64,000 nucleotides of DNA from IMG/VR virus record IMGVR_UViG_3300009370_000002. The stretch is one strand, 5' to 3'. The stretch is from a virus. Position numbers and translations under genes: made by a program. The notes under the pieces were generated by a model. That model was not told the DNA's origin. It ran no database searches and saw nothing but the letters and a program-made list of their open reading frames with translations. Of this stretch, positions 52,901 to 62,362 are shown in pieces; the first letter of the stretch is position 1; each line of letters starts with the position of its first letter.

Positions 52901-55015
52901 ACCACGATATAAATCTTTTATATCTTTTCGAAATGCCTTTTCAATGAAAATTTCTTTTGCAACATTTGTGCCGCTACCGTCTTCTATCAGTCTAGAAAAC
53001 GGAAACAACATTGGCAATTCAACTTCTTCTCCATTGTTTATCAATTTGCCATTCTTATCAGTATAATTTTTAACAATTTTTGATAACCTTACAAAGGTAC
53101 GAACACCACGAGTAAAATATTCTGAACAATTCAAATAATCATTAATGCTTACTGTCGCATCTCCTTCCGAAGTCATAGGGGGAAGCGTTAGTGCATTAAT
53201 GAAATTTTGATATGGCTTTATCGACAATGGGATAACTCTCCCCCCATATGGCAAATGTGCATCATCTGCTGGGATTTTAATTGTGGTACCAGCAGCGATT
53301 TCCCCTCGGATTGCACCACCACTTTTATCTTGATATGTTCTTAACATAATGGATAAGTTTTCCAATTCCGACATACCAGCCAACAAAACACATTGTTTGA
53401 TATTTTTTCTCAATTCTTCCTTTTTTTGTTTTATTTTATGAGCAGTGCTTTTTGATCTTGGACTCATTTTGGCTGAGACATCATTTATGCCTTGGAGCAT
53501 TTTTTTCAAAGCGGCAGTTTTAGCCTTTTCTGCATCTGCCCACTGTGAGGTGGCGAAATCATCTTGTTGTGGGTATTCTGGGAGTACGCCTATCATTAAA
53601 CTTTCTGCGAGGTAATTGGGGTGATGATGCACAACCGGCGTCTTTCTATTCTGCATCACGGCCCAGTCAAACGCATCTCTCATCTCCTGAGTCCAATTAA
53701 GGGTTTCTTCCATGGTTTTGAGGTGCGAATCTATAATAACTTTGCTTGCCTCATCAAACCCTTTCACCGTGCCCGTCTGAGTAGTGGTTGTCGTGTTCGT
53801 AATGTGATCGTGTTGCATGGTGACGTCCGCCCCACCATGGACTTCCATGGCATTATATTGGGCTTCGAGGGATTGCCAATATCTTAAAGCAGCCCCCCAT
53901 TTCAGCCCCTGCACAAAATCAGCCTTGGTAAGTTCGCTTACTCTTTTGTAATACATCTCGTCAGTAGAAAAAGTGAAAATATGAGACGAATCTTCATCGT
54001 TAGGATCCGTTGGCGCAAATTGAAAGTATTGATTCTTCTGATTTTTTACGGTGTTCTGCTTAACAACACCAGTCGGCATACTATCACGAGCCGTAGCACC
54101 AACAAGGCCAAGGTAAACAAGACATATCACATCAGTGAAAGCTTTATCTACCCAAGAAGGCTGATACTTCTTACCTGTATGGCCAGATTGTACGGAATGC
54201 ATAAGTCCATCCCCCTCAATCTTTCCGAAATCCTCATAGGCTTTGTTTTTTGCCTCTATCTCTTTTGGGGTGTCTTCTGGCATTGCGGCTATTTTATCTT
54301 CACCGCCCTCAAATATTTTCACAATTGCTGCCTGGAAATCACTTTTCATATCCTCACTTTCATTGCTGAGTGCGCCACCGTAATATTCTGAAGCTTCGTA
54401 TTGTACGTGGGTATCGGGCGAAGCCTTCCCCTTATAAAACTGTTCTGTTTTCTTTTTATTCGCAAGTTGGGGTTTTTTCGCAGCCTTGCCAGTGTATTCG
54501 CCCGCTCCCCTTGCCTGTTGTGAAAAAGTGCCACCCACATTTTGCCAAATTGGAGACATTATTTCTGTTACCATCACAGCAGTATCTTCAGCCAAACCTG
54601 ACCTTGTAACACCGGGAACTGCCTTCCGTATTACCCATTCTACCAAAGCTGCGGATGATGTCCTATTATCATCCGCCTTGTGAAGTTTGTCGGGCTTACT
54701 GATGAGCAATTTGTGTAGGATATAAATAAGAGCTTTTTCGCCACCACCATCCGACGTCAGCGCAGAAGTTGTATTGAGATACCCTCCTGCTCCCTCTAAG
54801 CAGTTCATTAGACATTCATCCCCAGTCCACTTTATGCCTCCGGGGGTTTTCCGTCCTTCAATATCAAACTTAGGCTGACTCTGAAGTAATGACCACTCTG
54901 CTACAAGTTCAAGATCATCGGCATATCCGAGTTGGGTTGTCCAGTGATCTTTTGCATCTTCAAAGGTTATTGTCGGGATTGCCGTCAAACGTCCACTATA
55001 ATTTTGTCCGCTCAT
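49985..55015 (-). CDS. large baseplate hub-like protein (1676 aa)
   Basis: gp27/GPD-like C-terminal pattern G...LYPGQ...GGYYQI.SV.H; position after TMP and LysM genes. Confidence 0.7.
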   Translation of the reverse strand: MSGQNYSGRLTAIPTITFEDAKDHWTTQLGYADDLELVAEWSLLQSQPKFDIEGRKTPGGIKWTGDECLMNCLEGAGGYLNTTSALTSDGGGEKALIYILHKLLISKPDKLHKADDNRTSSAALVEWVIRKAVPGVTRSGLAEDTAVMVTEIMSPIWQNVGGTFSQQARGAGEYTGKAAKKPQLANKKKTEQFYKGKASPDTHVQYEASEYYGGALSNESEDMKSDFQAAIVKIFEGGEDKIAAMPEDTPKEIEAKNKAYEDFGKIEGDGLMHSVQSGHTGKKYQPSWVDKAFTDVICLVYLGLVGATARDSMPTGVVKQNTVKNQKNQYFQFAPTDPNDEDSSHIFTFSTDEMYYKRVSELTKADFVQGLKWGAALRYWQSLEAQYNAMEVHGGADVTMQHDHITNTTTTTQTGTVKGFDEASKVIIDSHLKTMEETLNWTQEMRDAFDWAVMQNRKTPVVHHHPNYLAESLMIGVLPEYPQQDDFATSQWADAEKAKTAALKKMLQGINDVSAKMSPRSKSTAHKIKQKKEELRKNIKQCVLLAGMSELENLSIMLRTYQDKSGGAIRGEIAAGTTIKIPADDAHLPYGGRVIPLSIKPYQNFINALTLPPMTSEGDATVSINDYLNCSEYFTRGVRTFVRLSKIVKNYTDKNGKLINNGEEVELPMLFPFSRLIEDGSGTNVAKEIFIEKAFRKDIKDLYRGDIITMNSIDINFKGGNTATAKSDVTVKIDFHLPDIRLLEQVFEYEYEIEGWDGKMQDVKYEFSFLDLITYTNNSNPTGFSSAFRNQYHPDYNRLLLKSYVYHDPGEDDSYSPAHYKAMNKMLSNVPLALDIAVVDHEIKKDEKTNKTTVTVEYRGYVDSVLTDPSMDALAGQKTVKDRIGREMNLRGAMMQGCNPKKIQDKIRSLRNNAHTDTFETLPRIISALNDSDRLFTVGIQNKVVTSALSTLGTSIIKPKEITEHLQKTHNFANLAKQIFLYRQLTKEKGWIKGVLPHGTKILEKYKSLNADTGIASDFNAKWRQEFTTSGQDSSYKGKTKPPPIKKQDFSDIQFFFFGDLVDVLLDGMHENMWLTQGGKKTDVDRRSLRQTLEADKTFSFPHPVRDRKLSKSLGGYYYSPPRTKVILPSFRWYLPNNDGVYEEMDSNLADVPIHLEWFADWFRKEIINKKLSYYPVATFLKSLAQNIITRLMGEVCFDIASENKVLFRASMDIGLVGTKRKEAIRGKLMCFENILDSYSAARISKRLVNGVLEYKYSDTKSVKKFPLLKKNSMRYRDEYYNYLILYPANARSFEFQSAQGDSSAHQNGIPEFKYRTIVDEILVNGDDELGVGSLISKMSFSKKDAPYRREVKFFASNQGNLAQIAGVYNVKIEMGGACFFLYPGQLCWVDGGLGDAPNKLNSMAFHLGIGGYYQIISVNHKMKFSGGKSPLCTTTVEAAWVNYGLKSEDKANNAGVDRFRLPKKKTKVNQKVANCNSNFSGPWKGQAAALKALQGAGSHNTKKNPKIGGGGGSSGGSSGGSVPKKTVPPALTSSTVGLRAGDTINFEGKIAKEGELDTITLSKDFEMRGKDEYSKYEYGSISTFPDLKGYRTLGIQIEGGSGNDFVHWRSNVKPTENDWMGWDRNATDHNGNTVYVLISNGLWVMAVYNPKDKRVEFYTTDMKINDEEDYEKGVQ

Positions 55016-55019
55016 TTTG

Positions 55020-55349
55020 TCAACCCACCAATTCTCTATAAATTTCTAATGCTGGATACGGAATTTCTATAACATCTCCGTAATTATAGTGGGCATCTGT
55101 TGGTTTGTCATTCCATAATGCAATTATCCACCAATATTCAACACTATCATAATATATATTTGCTAACTTGAAAAGCCTATCACCTTTTGCCCAAACGTGC
55201 TCTCTTGTTGCAAAAGCTCCTTTGAAATATCTCCTATTAAAGAAAAAGGTAGCATATTGATCTATATTTTGAAGTCCCCTATTATCAAACCACTCTTTGT
55301 AGCTGTCATCGTCATTTAAAACGACTTTTCTATCTGTATATTTAGGCAT
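55020..55349 (-). CDS. LysM/tail-X (gp53-like) baseplate protein
   Basis: GDRL..LA..YY....WWIIA..N...GD.I.IP. Confidence 0.85.
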   Translation of the reverse strand: MPKYTDRKVVLNDDDSYKEWFDNRGLQNIDQYATFFFNRRYFKGAFATREHVWAKGDRLFKLANIYYDSVEYWWIIALWNDKPTDAHYNYGDVIEIPYPALEIYRELVG

Positions 55350-55362
55350 ACTTTTTCCTCAT

Positions 55363-56946
55363 TTAATTTTTAAACCCCATATCATTAACTTCTAGTGAGA
55401 ATGACAAATCAAAAGATTTCATGAAAAGCATCCCTTTGTCTTCGAAATAACCAAGCTCAGGATTTGGTTTAACCGACAACTTAGTACACACGCACCTTAC
55501 AAATTCGCCTTCATTTTCATATATTTGCCCGTTACTTATTAAATTTGCAAATTTGACAGACATTTCCGCCGTAGATGTTGTTGTTCCGCCTTCTGCTGGC
55601 ATTATCATCCTCATTAGCTTTTGCAACTGTAGGTGGTGAAATCTTGCTTGGGCAAGATTATGAGAAGCCACAGTAAAGCCCAAATTATAAATTGGCATTT
55701 TGGCATCAAAAACCAGCCTGTTTTTTCCCGTTAAGTGTCTAAATTCTTGAATATTTTTGTTGTCTATCTTCCTTTCTATAGAAAAAGATTTTAACAACGG
55801 AAGATATTCTATGTTAACACCCCACTTTTTAAACTTGATAGTACCATTATTTTGTTTAGTGTATCTGTCCTCAAACCCAGGAACATCTTTTGCACTCGAA
55901 ACACCAAAAGGCCACGTCTTGATATCATTTTGGTGGTATGGCCCACGAGAATAGCCCCCACCGGCAGTTCCAGCATCACCTTTTCCAAGATTCCCAAACC
56001 CAAGTATGTTTGATTTAACACCTGTTAAATCACTGTTGATTAAGTGTAAATCAAATGTCAGTGTATGTGCTTTTGGGTACAACTCCCCGTTGCTTTCAAA
56101 GAATCCCATATCCAAGTTTACATCGTCCTTTGCATTCGTCATAAAGCATCTTAAACCATATGTTGACATGTGTTTGTGAGTTTTCTTACTACTTGAATTC
56201 ATAATTTGATGAAGTTCGGTGTATCTCCCACTTTGTATTAGGTTTGCAAAACTAACTAGCAACACAATTTGCTTCCCTGTGAATGATGGCGAATATCCGC
56301 TCCCAATCGCTTTTTTGAGCTTTTGAACGTCTATTACAATATTCTTTTCTGACTTTTTCTCTTCTGCTTTCTTTCCATTTGCTTTTGTCACTCCACCGGG
56401 GCCACTGTCCACGGGTGGATTTTTTGTTTTTTTTCCTTTGCCATATGCTGACATACACCGCTTTATTTTAGCTAATCTGGCAGCGGACAGCTTACTTTCA
56501 TCAATTTGTTTTCCTGATCCTTTTGTGGGGACTTTGCTAATAGCCGCTTTACACCATTCCATTGAAGGGGCGTTCTTCTTCTTAGTGGCTTCATTATATT
56601 TTTTCGGCCGAAGCCACCCCATTAATGTTCTGATTTTTCCGGCATTAGCAATAGATTCATTCACGCTTACTGCCGGCATTTCCATTGAAACTTTTATCAT
56701 CAAATCAACACCAGTTATAGCTTGGGCTGGATTGGCATTTTGGATGGAAGATATAATATCTTCTGTTTTGACATTAAGGCTGTAAGTCATATCTTTGATA
56801 AATGGCTTAAATGCTAGCAATTCCCCCGATAATCCTTCCTTTGCTATATAAAAGTAGGCGTTCTTATTTTGAACATATCTAGCAGAAAAGTCATCCCCAA
56901 GATCCAAAGTGCTATCGAAGCTATTTAAGTCATTCCACCACGCCAT
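55363..56946 (-). CDS. tail tube initiator-like baseplate protein with a duplicated domain
   Basis: Two similar FxP.lK....(L/M).P...F.NLI units; position. Confidence 0.6.
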   Translation of the reverse strand: MAWWNDLNSFDSTLDLGDDFSARYVQNKNAYFYIAKEGLSGELLAFKPFIKDMTYSLNVKTEDIISSIQNANPAQAITGVDLMIKVSMEMPAVSVNESIANAGKIRTLMGWLRPKKYNEATKKKNAPSMEWCKAAISKVPTKGSGKQIDESKLSAARLAKIKRCMSAYGKGKKTKNPPVDSGPGGVTKANGKKAEEKKSEKNIVIDVQKLKKAIGSGYSPSFTGKQIVLLVSFANLIQSGRYTELHQIMNSSSKKTHKHMSTYGLRCFMTNAKDDVNLDMGFFESNGELYPKAHTLTFDLHLINSDLTGVKSNILGFGNLGKGDAGTAGGGYSRGPYHQNDIKTWPFGVSSAKDVPGFEDRYTKQNNGTIKFKKWGVNIEYLPLLKSFSIERKIDNKNIQEFRHLTGKNRLVFDAKMPIYNLGFTVASHNLAQARFHHLQLQKLMRMIMPAEGGTTTSTAEMSVKFANLISNGQIYENEGEFVRCVCTKLSVKPNPELGYFEDKGMLFMKSFDLSFSLEVNDMGFKN

Positions 56947-59646
56947 TTATCTATTCTCCACTATCATTTCTGATATCAAGTGCCTCAGTTCTTCCCCGTC
57001 TAAGACAACAGTAACATTAACCTCGGGGGCAGAAATTTTTGCCTCATCCATATTAACATCGACTGTGATATTGTTTGGCATCATCATGAACATTCCGCCT
57101 TGCCCAGCAACAACAGTTGTCATCGTCCCATCAGATTGAATCATTAAACTTCCATCTCCCATTGCGCTCCTTATTCCACTAGCTGCTGTTCCCAATCCAG
57201 ATAGTCCTGCTCTAAGGTTTTTGATTCCTTCTCCCATAGCCCCGACAGCTTGCCCTATAGATATCAAATCTGCAAAGCTTGTTCCGCTAAGCGCCATTGA
57301 CGCCCTAAGAGCAAACAGAGCAATTGTACCAGCGGCGATGCCCAATGTTGCCATTAAAGCCATCTTGCCCAAGAAAAAGAACCCAGCCCCAATAGCCACG
57401 AGTGCCCCAGCCATAGCAAACATTGGGCCTACTGCGGATATCACTGTTTCCAGAAGCCCAGATATTGCATCTATCAAAGGCGGCAAGACATAGAATATCC
57501 CAACAAGCCCTGCCATAATCACGATAAGAGCAGGTAGAGCAGCCATCATAGCCGGTCCGGCGAAGTAAAACGCTGCACCAAGAGCAATAATTCCAATAGC
57601 CATTATTGCTCCCATTTCCCACAAAGCAGGAGAACCAGACAAAAGAAAAGCTGCCATGAGGCCTATTAATACAGCCGCCAAGACAATTCCAGCACTAACT
57701 GCAAACCACGAAGCACTTCCAAAAGCAAATTTTGATGCTGTTGCTGCCTGTTCCAGCGTCATACCAGATGCCAGTGCTGCCATATAACTAGCTTGATGGA
57801 CAGTATATGCTAATTGTGCCAATTTTAATCCGACATAAGCGAATGTTACTTTGCCGATATTGTTTCCCATCCAGCCAAATATCGAAGCCAGTTTTTCAGC
57901 CAAGTTAAGCAATGTTGGGGTGGCTGCGATTAATGCTTCCAGGACTTTCTCGAACCCACCACCCTTCATCATCGCTTCTTTGAATTTATTCATCAACTGT
58001 GTTAGAGCCGGTACCATATCCATTACATTACCTTGTAACTCTGCTAGAGATTCTGCGTGAGCTTTCTGTTTTGCAATTGCTTCCTCGTCAACCTCAACAC
58101 CGTGCTCCAAATATCCCTGAAGTAACTGAACATTGTCTCCAAACCCAAGTATTTCAGCAGCAGCCAATCTTTGGTGCTTTGTCATCGCTTCATAGCCACC
58201 AGTAGCATTTATCAGAGACATCCTCATCTCTTCGTTAATCTCGCTAGCAGTCATGGACTGCATAGAAATTGCACTAATGCTTGTTCCAAATACTGCGTTC
58301 ATCTGAGCAGCTTTATCTGCACCAGTGCTGAACTTATTGAACGCTTTTGCAACGTTAAGCATTTGAGTTATCGATACACCAGTCTTTTGGGATGCCTTGC
58401 CCAAATTCAAGATTTCGGTTTTTGCATCTCCACCCATACTCATTACGGTTCCTGCGAAGCTTTCAAAATCAGAAGCAGCCTGTTGAGCATCCAAACCCAT
58501 ATTTCGAGCAGTTGCTATGAATTGAACCATTGCCTTATTACCAGCTTCAGCGCCCTTCTTGACGCCTCCGAACTCATAAGACATCATCCTAGTGAGTTTT
58601 GCGGTTTTCTTCTCGGAGATACCCAGCTTGGCAACAAGGGTATTTGTTTTCGTAATGCTATCACGGACACTTTCATCCTGCTCGGCAAATCCTGCTAATT
58701 CCAGCCTTGCTGCCGTATACGCCTTGCCCATGTCTTTAACTGAGATGTTGTATTTCCCCAATTGTTCGCTCTGTGCTGCAACCAAGATTCCTTGCATTTC
58801 ATCTCTTGCTGCACCGGTGGCTTTGGTTAGCGCTATCGTCGCTTCTTCAATTGCGAAAAACTGTTCAACCATTATAGTTGCCACGTTACCCAAGATATTC
58901 ATTGGAGAGAACAACGACATAACCCCACCAGCCAGCAATTTGGTTGCGCCCCAAGCGTCATTCCTAAACGCCATCGCAACATTGGAAGCACCTTGAACCA
59001 TTTTCCCAAGTGTAGTATCTGAGGCTTTCGCTGTGATTCCCAGTTTCTTTGACATGAAATTGAAGGCATTGTTGACATCATCAGCGGCATTCTCTACATG
59101 ATCAAGGTCCCCTTTCATTTTTCCTAAACCGGCTGACGCACTATCGAGCTTTTCATTGTCCAAAATATCAGTATCTGACATTTCTTGCAATTGTTTTGCA
59201 ATTCTTGGAGGCAGATTTCCCATCTCAACAAGCTTTTTCATCATATCGGTTAAAGCTTTCCCGTGTTCCTCTGCTGCTCCTTTTGCTGCTATGAGTCTTT
59301 TTCCTGCTATTATTGCTTCTCTTGAATCATCCCCCTTTTCTTGTTGGACTTTTGCAAGTGCCTTTTCAGCATTGATTTTCTCTTGATTTAGCTGCTTCTG
59401 TTTATCAGTCATTTTGCTTATAGCATCAACTTCAAGCTTTTGCATCTTTATGGTGTTTTTGTATGCTGCGATTCTATCATCCATTACAGCATTGATTCTT
59501 TGCTCAATTCGTTCTTGTTCTTTACGTCTTTCCAATTCGGCTTTTTGAAAATCCGCAATTTCAGCAGCAGTTAGTCCGCCTGAACCACCGCCACCATCAT
59601 CACCGCCGCCACCTTCATCGTCTGCTGGACCTTCCCATTCCCACAT
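56947..59646 (-). CDS. tape measure protein
   Basis: 899 aa, Ala/Gly-rich helical, hydrophobic C-terminal third; follows the chaperone genes. Confidence 0.88.
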   Translation of the reverse strand: MWEWEGPADDEGGGGDDGGGGSGGLTAAEIADFQKAELERRKEQERIEQRINAVMDDRIAAYKNTIKMQKLEVDAISKMTDKQKQLNQEKINAEKALAKVQQEKGDDSREAIIAGKRLIAAKGAAEEHGKALTDMMKKLVEMGNLPPRIAKQLQEMSDTDILDNEKLDSASAGLGKMKGDLDHVENAADDVNNAFNFMSKKLGITAKASDTTLGKMVQGASNVAMAFRNDAWGATKLLAGGVMSLFSPMNILGNVATIMVEQFFAIEEATIALTKATGAARDEMQGILVAAQSEQLGKYNISVKDMGKAYTAARLELAGFAEQDESVRDSITKTNTLVAKLGISEKKTAKLTRMMSYEFGGVKKGAEAGNKAMVQFIATARNMGLDAQQAASDFESFAGTVMSMGGDAKTEILNLGKASQKTGVSITQMLNVAKAFNKFSTGADKAAQMNAVFGTSISAISMQSMTASEINEEMRMSLINATGGYEAMTKHQRLAAAEILGFGDNVQLLQGYLEHGVEVDEEAIAKQKAHAESLAELQGNVMDMVPALTQLMNKFKEAMMKGGGFEKVLEALIAATPTLLNLAEKLASIFGWMGNNIGKVTFAYVGLKLAQLAYTVHQASYMAALASGMTLEQAATASKFAFGSASWFAVSAGIVLAAVLIGLMAAFLLSGSPALWEMGAIMAIGIIALGAAFYFAGPAMMAALPALIVIMAGLVGIFYVLPPLIDAISGLLETVISAVGPMFAMAGALVAIGAGFFFLGKMALMATLGIAAGTIALFALRASMALSGTSFADLISIGQAVGAMGEGIKNLRAGLSGLGTAASGIRSAMGDGSLMIQSDGTMTTVVAGQGGMFMMMPNNITVDVNMDEAKISAPEVNVTVVLDGEELRHLISEMIVENR

Positions 59647-59681
59647 TTAGTGTACCTCTTTAATGATAATTAGTTATAGAG

Positions 59682-59711
59682 AAAAATACCCGGTTTATTC
59701 CGGGTATTTTT
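59682..59711. terminator. bidirectional-type terminator AAAAATACCCGG-N6-CCGGGTATTTTT
   Basis: Perfect 12-bp inverted repeat with A/T tracts. Confidence 0.85.
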
Positions 59712-59875
59712 TATCTTCTCATAGCTTTTTTCTGCTGTTCTGCTTCTTTCTCATATTCTTTCATTGTTCTCTTTATCCACCATGACCGCAACCCTATGGG
59801 CAATGAGTACATTTCAGACAGAGACCAACCACCATAATGCTTTAAAATGAAAAAAGACTCATAGACTTGTTCCAT
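59711..59875 (-). CDS. tail assembly chaperone C-terminal part (gp51/gpT-like)
   Basis: YESFFILKHYGGWSLSE.Y.LP...R.WW; open frame extends back over a T7 run; no clear RBS. Confidence 0.75.
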   Translation of the reverse strand: MEQVYESFFILKHYGGWSLSEMYSLPIGLRSWWIKRTMKEYEKEAEQQKKAMRR

Positions 59876-59879
59876 GTAT

Positions 59880-60722
59880 TCATCGTTCAGGCCAAAAAAA
59901 GTCTGTCCCCAAGGACACCTCCATCTCCTGCTCATATCCGCACTCATCACACTCAAAATCTCGTGTGATACGGATACTAGGAGTCAGCCGTTCGTAAGCG
60001 TCCCGAAGGTACCTACTTTGCGCTGAGGGTATATTTTCAACAAAATGTTTAATAACATTACGCTGACTGTGCCCTTCTACGGACACAATGAACATCATCA
60101 TCTGCTTGGTTATGAGGGTGGAATCCTTCTTCTTGTTATTTAACATCTTGAAGATTTCCGATTCGTCAGAGCCCTTAAGAAGTCTGACTTCCACATTAAA
60201 TCCAGAAACCGGCAACACAATCGAGTAATTACCGTTATCCAAAGCTTCGACTTGATAATCTTCCCACTCATCACCATGATAAACGGATGCGTCTTCCAAG
60301 TCAAATGCTTTCTTTGCAACCACAGAACAGTTAGGACAAGTAACCTTTGTGTTATATTCATTACCATATCCTGTTGCACGAGCAGAAATAATAATTGCAT
60401 TTCTATCGCAGAGAAGCATTTCAGATGATTTGACGTTTCCATCACAAATTAAACTTGAAATTAGCTTCTCTAGTGCTTTACCACTCTTCAACAAAGAGCG
60501 AGAGGATAAGATATCTTCATGCTTTGCTGTCATATGTTTTATTTCAATTGTGTCTTGTCCATTGAGTGGGTGCCCATTTGGGTACCCTATGCCCCTCGAC
60601 GGCAAATCTATGTACTCTGTTGGTGTGACAAACTGCAATATGCTTTCTGCATCAGAGGTTTGTGGTGCTTCATCTGATGAGTTTCCTCTTGGACCAAATC
60701 GATCCTCGTTTTTCCTTACCAT
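59880..60722 (-). CDS. tail/baseplate assembly chaperone (T4 gp26-like)
   Basis: TE.IDLPS.G..Y, MTAK.EDIL, CPNC...CDEC, FFWP end. Confidence 0.85.
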   Translation of the reverse strand: MVRKNEDRFGPRGNSSDEAPQTSDAESILQFVTPTEYIDLPSRGIGYPNGHPLNGQDTIEIKHMTAKHEDILSSRSLLKSGKALEKLISSLICDGNVKSSEMLLCDRNAIIISARATGYGNEYNTKVTCPNCSVVAKKAFDLEDASVYHGDEWEDYQVEALDNGNYSIVLPVSGFNVEVRLLKGSDESEIFKMLNNKKKDSTLITKQMMMFIVSVEGHSQRNVIKHFVENIPSAQSRYLRDAYERLTPSIRITRDFECDECGYEQEMEVSLGTDFFWPER

Positions 60723-60774
60723 TATTTCTCCTGTTTAAATATAATTAGATTGTTAGAAAATTACTCTAAGTCCC

Positions 60775-61749
60775 TTACGTGCCTGGAATTTTATACGTAC
60801 CACCATAAGTCGGCCAAATTTTATCCTTTTGCTCCTTTTCTCGCTGAGCCTTTTCTTTGGCCGCCTTGTCCGCCGCCGCCTTGTCCGCCGCCGCCTTTAA
60901 CTCGGCCATAACGTCTCGTGCCGGGGGTTCTGGTGGGCCCATTGGTGTTTCTGACTTTGAAGTTGGTGAACCACCAGACTTTGTGTTTGTATTCGGTTTG
61001 TTGCTCTTTCTCCTGCTTCGTTTCTTTTTGTTTGATTTTTTCCTTTTATTGGCATTGTCGTTAGCAGAACCACCCTTATTATCACCAGCAACATATGTGC
61101 TCGTTCCTGGTGGCTCCCCAGACTCGAAGCCATTAGCCTTGTTAATCTCTTGAATTCTTTTGTTTTTTGCTTCAAGATATAAATGTTCATCAGTAACAAA
61201 CCCTTCTTGTCCTGCTTTTTTGCCTTTATTCATGGATTTTGCCTTCGCTGACATTCCCATTAAATCCTTCTTACTAAGGCCGGATGGATATTCTTTGCCG
61301 TCAAATGTCCACAAATATTGCTTCTTCTTGCCTTTGCCTCTGGTTATTAATTCAACGTCTTTGCCCTTAGCGTCTTTTATAATCTTATTTCGATACGCTA
61401 TTTTCTCTGGCTTGTCCCTCGCGGCTTTCGCTCTGGCGTTTGCGGCGGCATTCTTGGCAGCTTGAATTCGCTGCTGTTCTAGCCTTATTTCTTCTGGTGT
61501 TTTCTCAGAAAACTCATGATTGCCGCCCTTATCATAACGGAAAAACTTTATCTTTTTCTCTTCATCTGTCTCCTTACCAATCATATCCAAATCGGAAGAA
61601 CTACCTTTGGAAGTAGCAGTTCCTTTTTCATCAATATTTAAAGTAAAATTCTGCCACAAATTGCCAATTGTGGAACTCTGTAGTCCTTGTTTTGGAAAGT
61701 TAGTGTAGTGCAGTGATATCTTTGGTTTAGTCAAGTTTTTTTTAGCCAT
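60775..61749 (-). CDS. Lys-rich low-complexity hypothetical protein
   Basis: AAADK tandem repeat (15-bp unit x2 at 60861-60890); KKSNKKKRSRRK. Confidence 0.6.
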   Translation of the reverse strand: MAKKNLTKPKISLHYTNFPKQGLQSSTIGNLWQNFTLNIDEKGTATSKGSSSDLDMIGKETDEEKKIKFFRYDKGGNHEFSEKTPEEIRLEQQRIQAAKNAAANARAKAARDKPEKIAYRNKIIKDAKGKDVELITRGKGKKKQYLWTFDGKEYPSGLSKKDLMGMSAKAKSMNKGKKAGQEGFVTDEHLYLEAKNKRIQEINKANGFESGEPPGTSTYVAGDNKGGSANDNANKRKKSNKKKRSRRKSNKPNTNTKSGGSPTSKSETPMGPPEPPARDVMAELKAAADKAAADKAAKEKAQREKEQKDKIWPTYGGTYKIPGT

Positions 61750-62351
61750 TATCCTTCACCGAGTACTGCGAAATCATATATTATTTCCATAGTATATTCA
61801 ACCGCCTCATCACTGTCGTATGCTAACTCACCAAATTTAATAGACTTAATCAGCGGATTCGCCAATGTCCATGACTCATTAACTTCACCAGATGGAGATA
61901 ACATTTGAATTTTAACATTTTGCTTTTGGTATGCGGCGGCAGTATTATCTTTGGAACCAGCAAGCCCACCACCAAAAGCGTTAGCAATAGTGGAAGATTT
62001 CTCAGGCGAAGAAATTTGACTTGCTCCACCTCCCTTTGTGGCTATGTTGTGTCCACCCATCGACGGATTTGCATAGCCAGTGTTATTTAACATTTGCATC
62101 AAGAAACCTGCTGTATCAAATTGATCACCATTGGCATTAAAATCAATAAAAGTGATTGTTATTGGATTCCACTTTGCTATGCCTGGGTAATTAAACACAT
62201 GATTTAATAATTTGAAATCTTTTGTTACAATATCTACACTTGGCTTTGTAACTGATTTAACATTTGGGAGATAAAAATCATTAGCAAAAGAAACAATAAA
62301 CTTGCTCTTTTGCTTTAATTCAAATTTGCCTTGGATACCCCAAAAAGACAC
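61749..62351 (-). CDS. tail tube protein 2 (gp19-like), GTG start
   Basis: V.KPS...YPG..KW..ITITF.D...W.L.NP.IK.I.FGEL.Y.SD. Confidence 0.85.
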   Translation of the reverse strand: MSFWGIQGKFELKQKSKFIVSFANDFYLPNVKSVTKPSVDIVTKDFKLLNHVFNYPGIAKWNPITITFIDFNANGDQFDTAGFLMQMLNNTGYANPSMGGHNIATKGGGASQISSPEKSSTIANAFGGGLAGSKDNTAAAYQKQNVKIQMLSPSGEVNESWTLANPLIKSIKFGELAYDSDEAVEYTMEIIYDFAVLGEG

Positions 62352-62362
62352 TATTTACCTTC

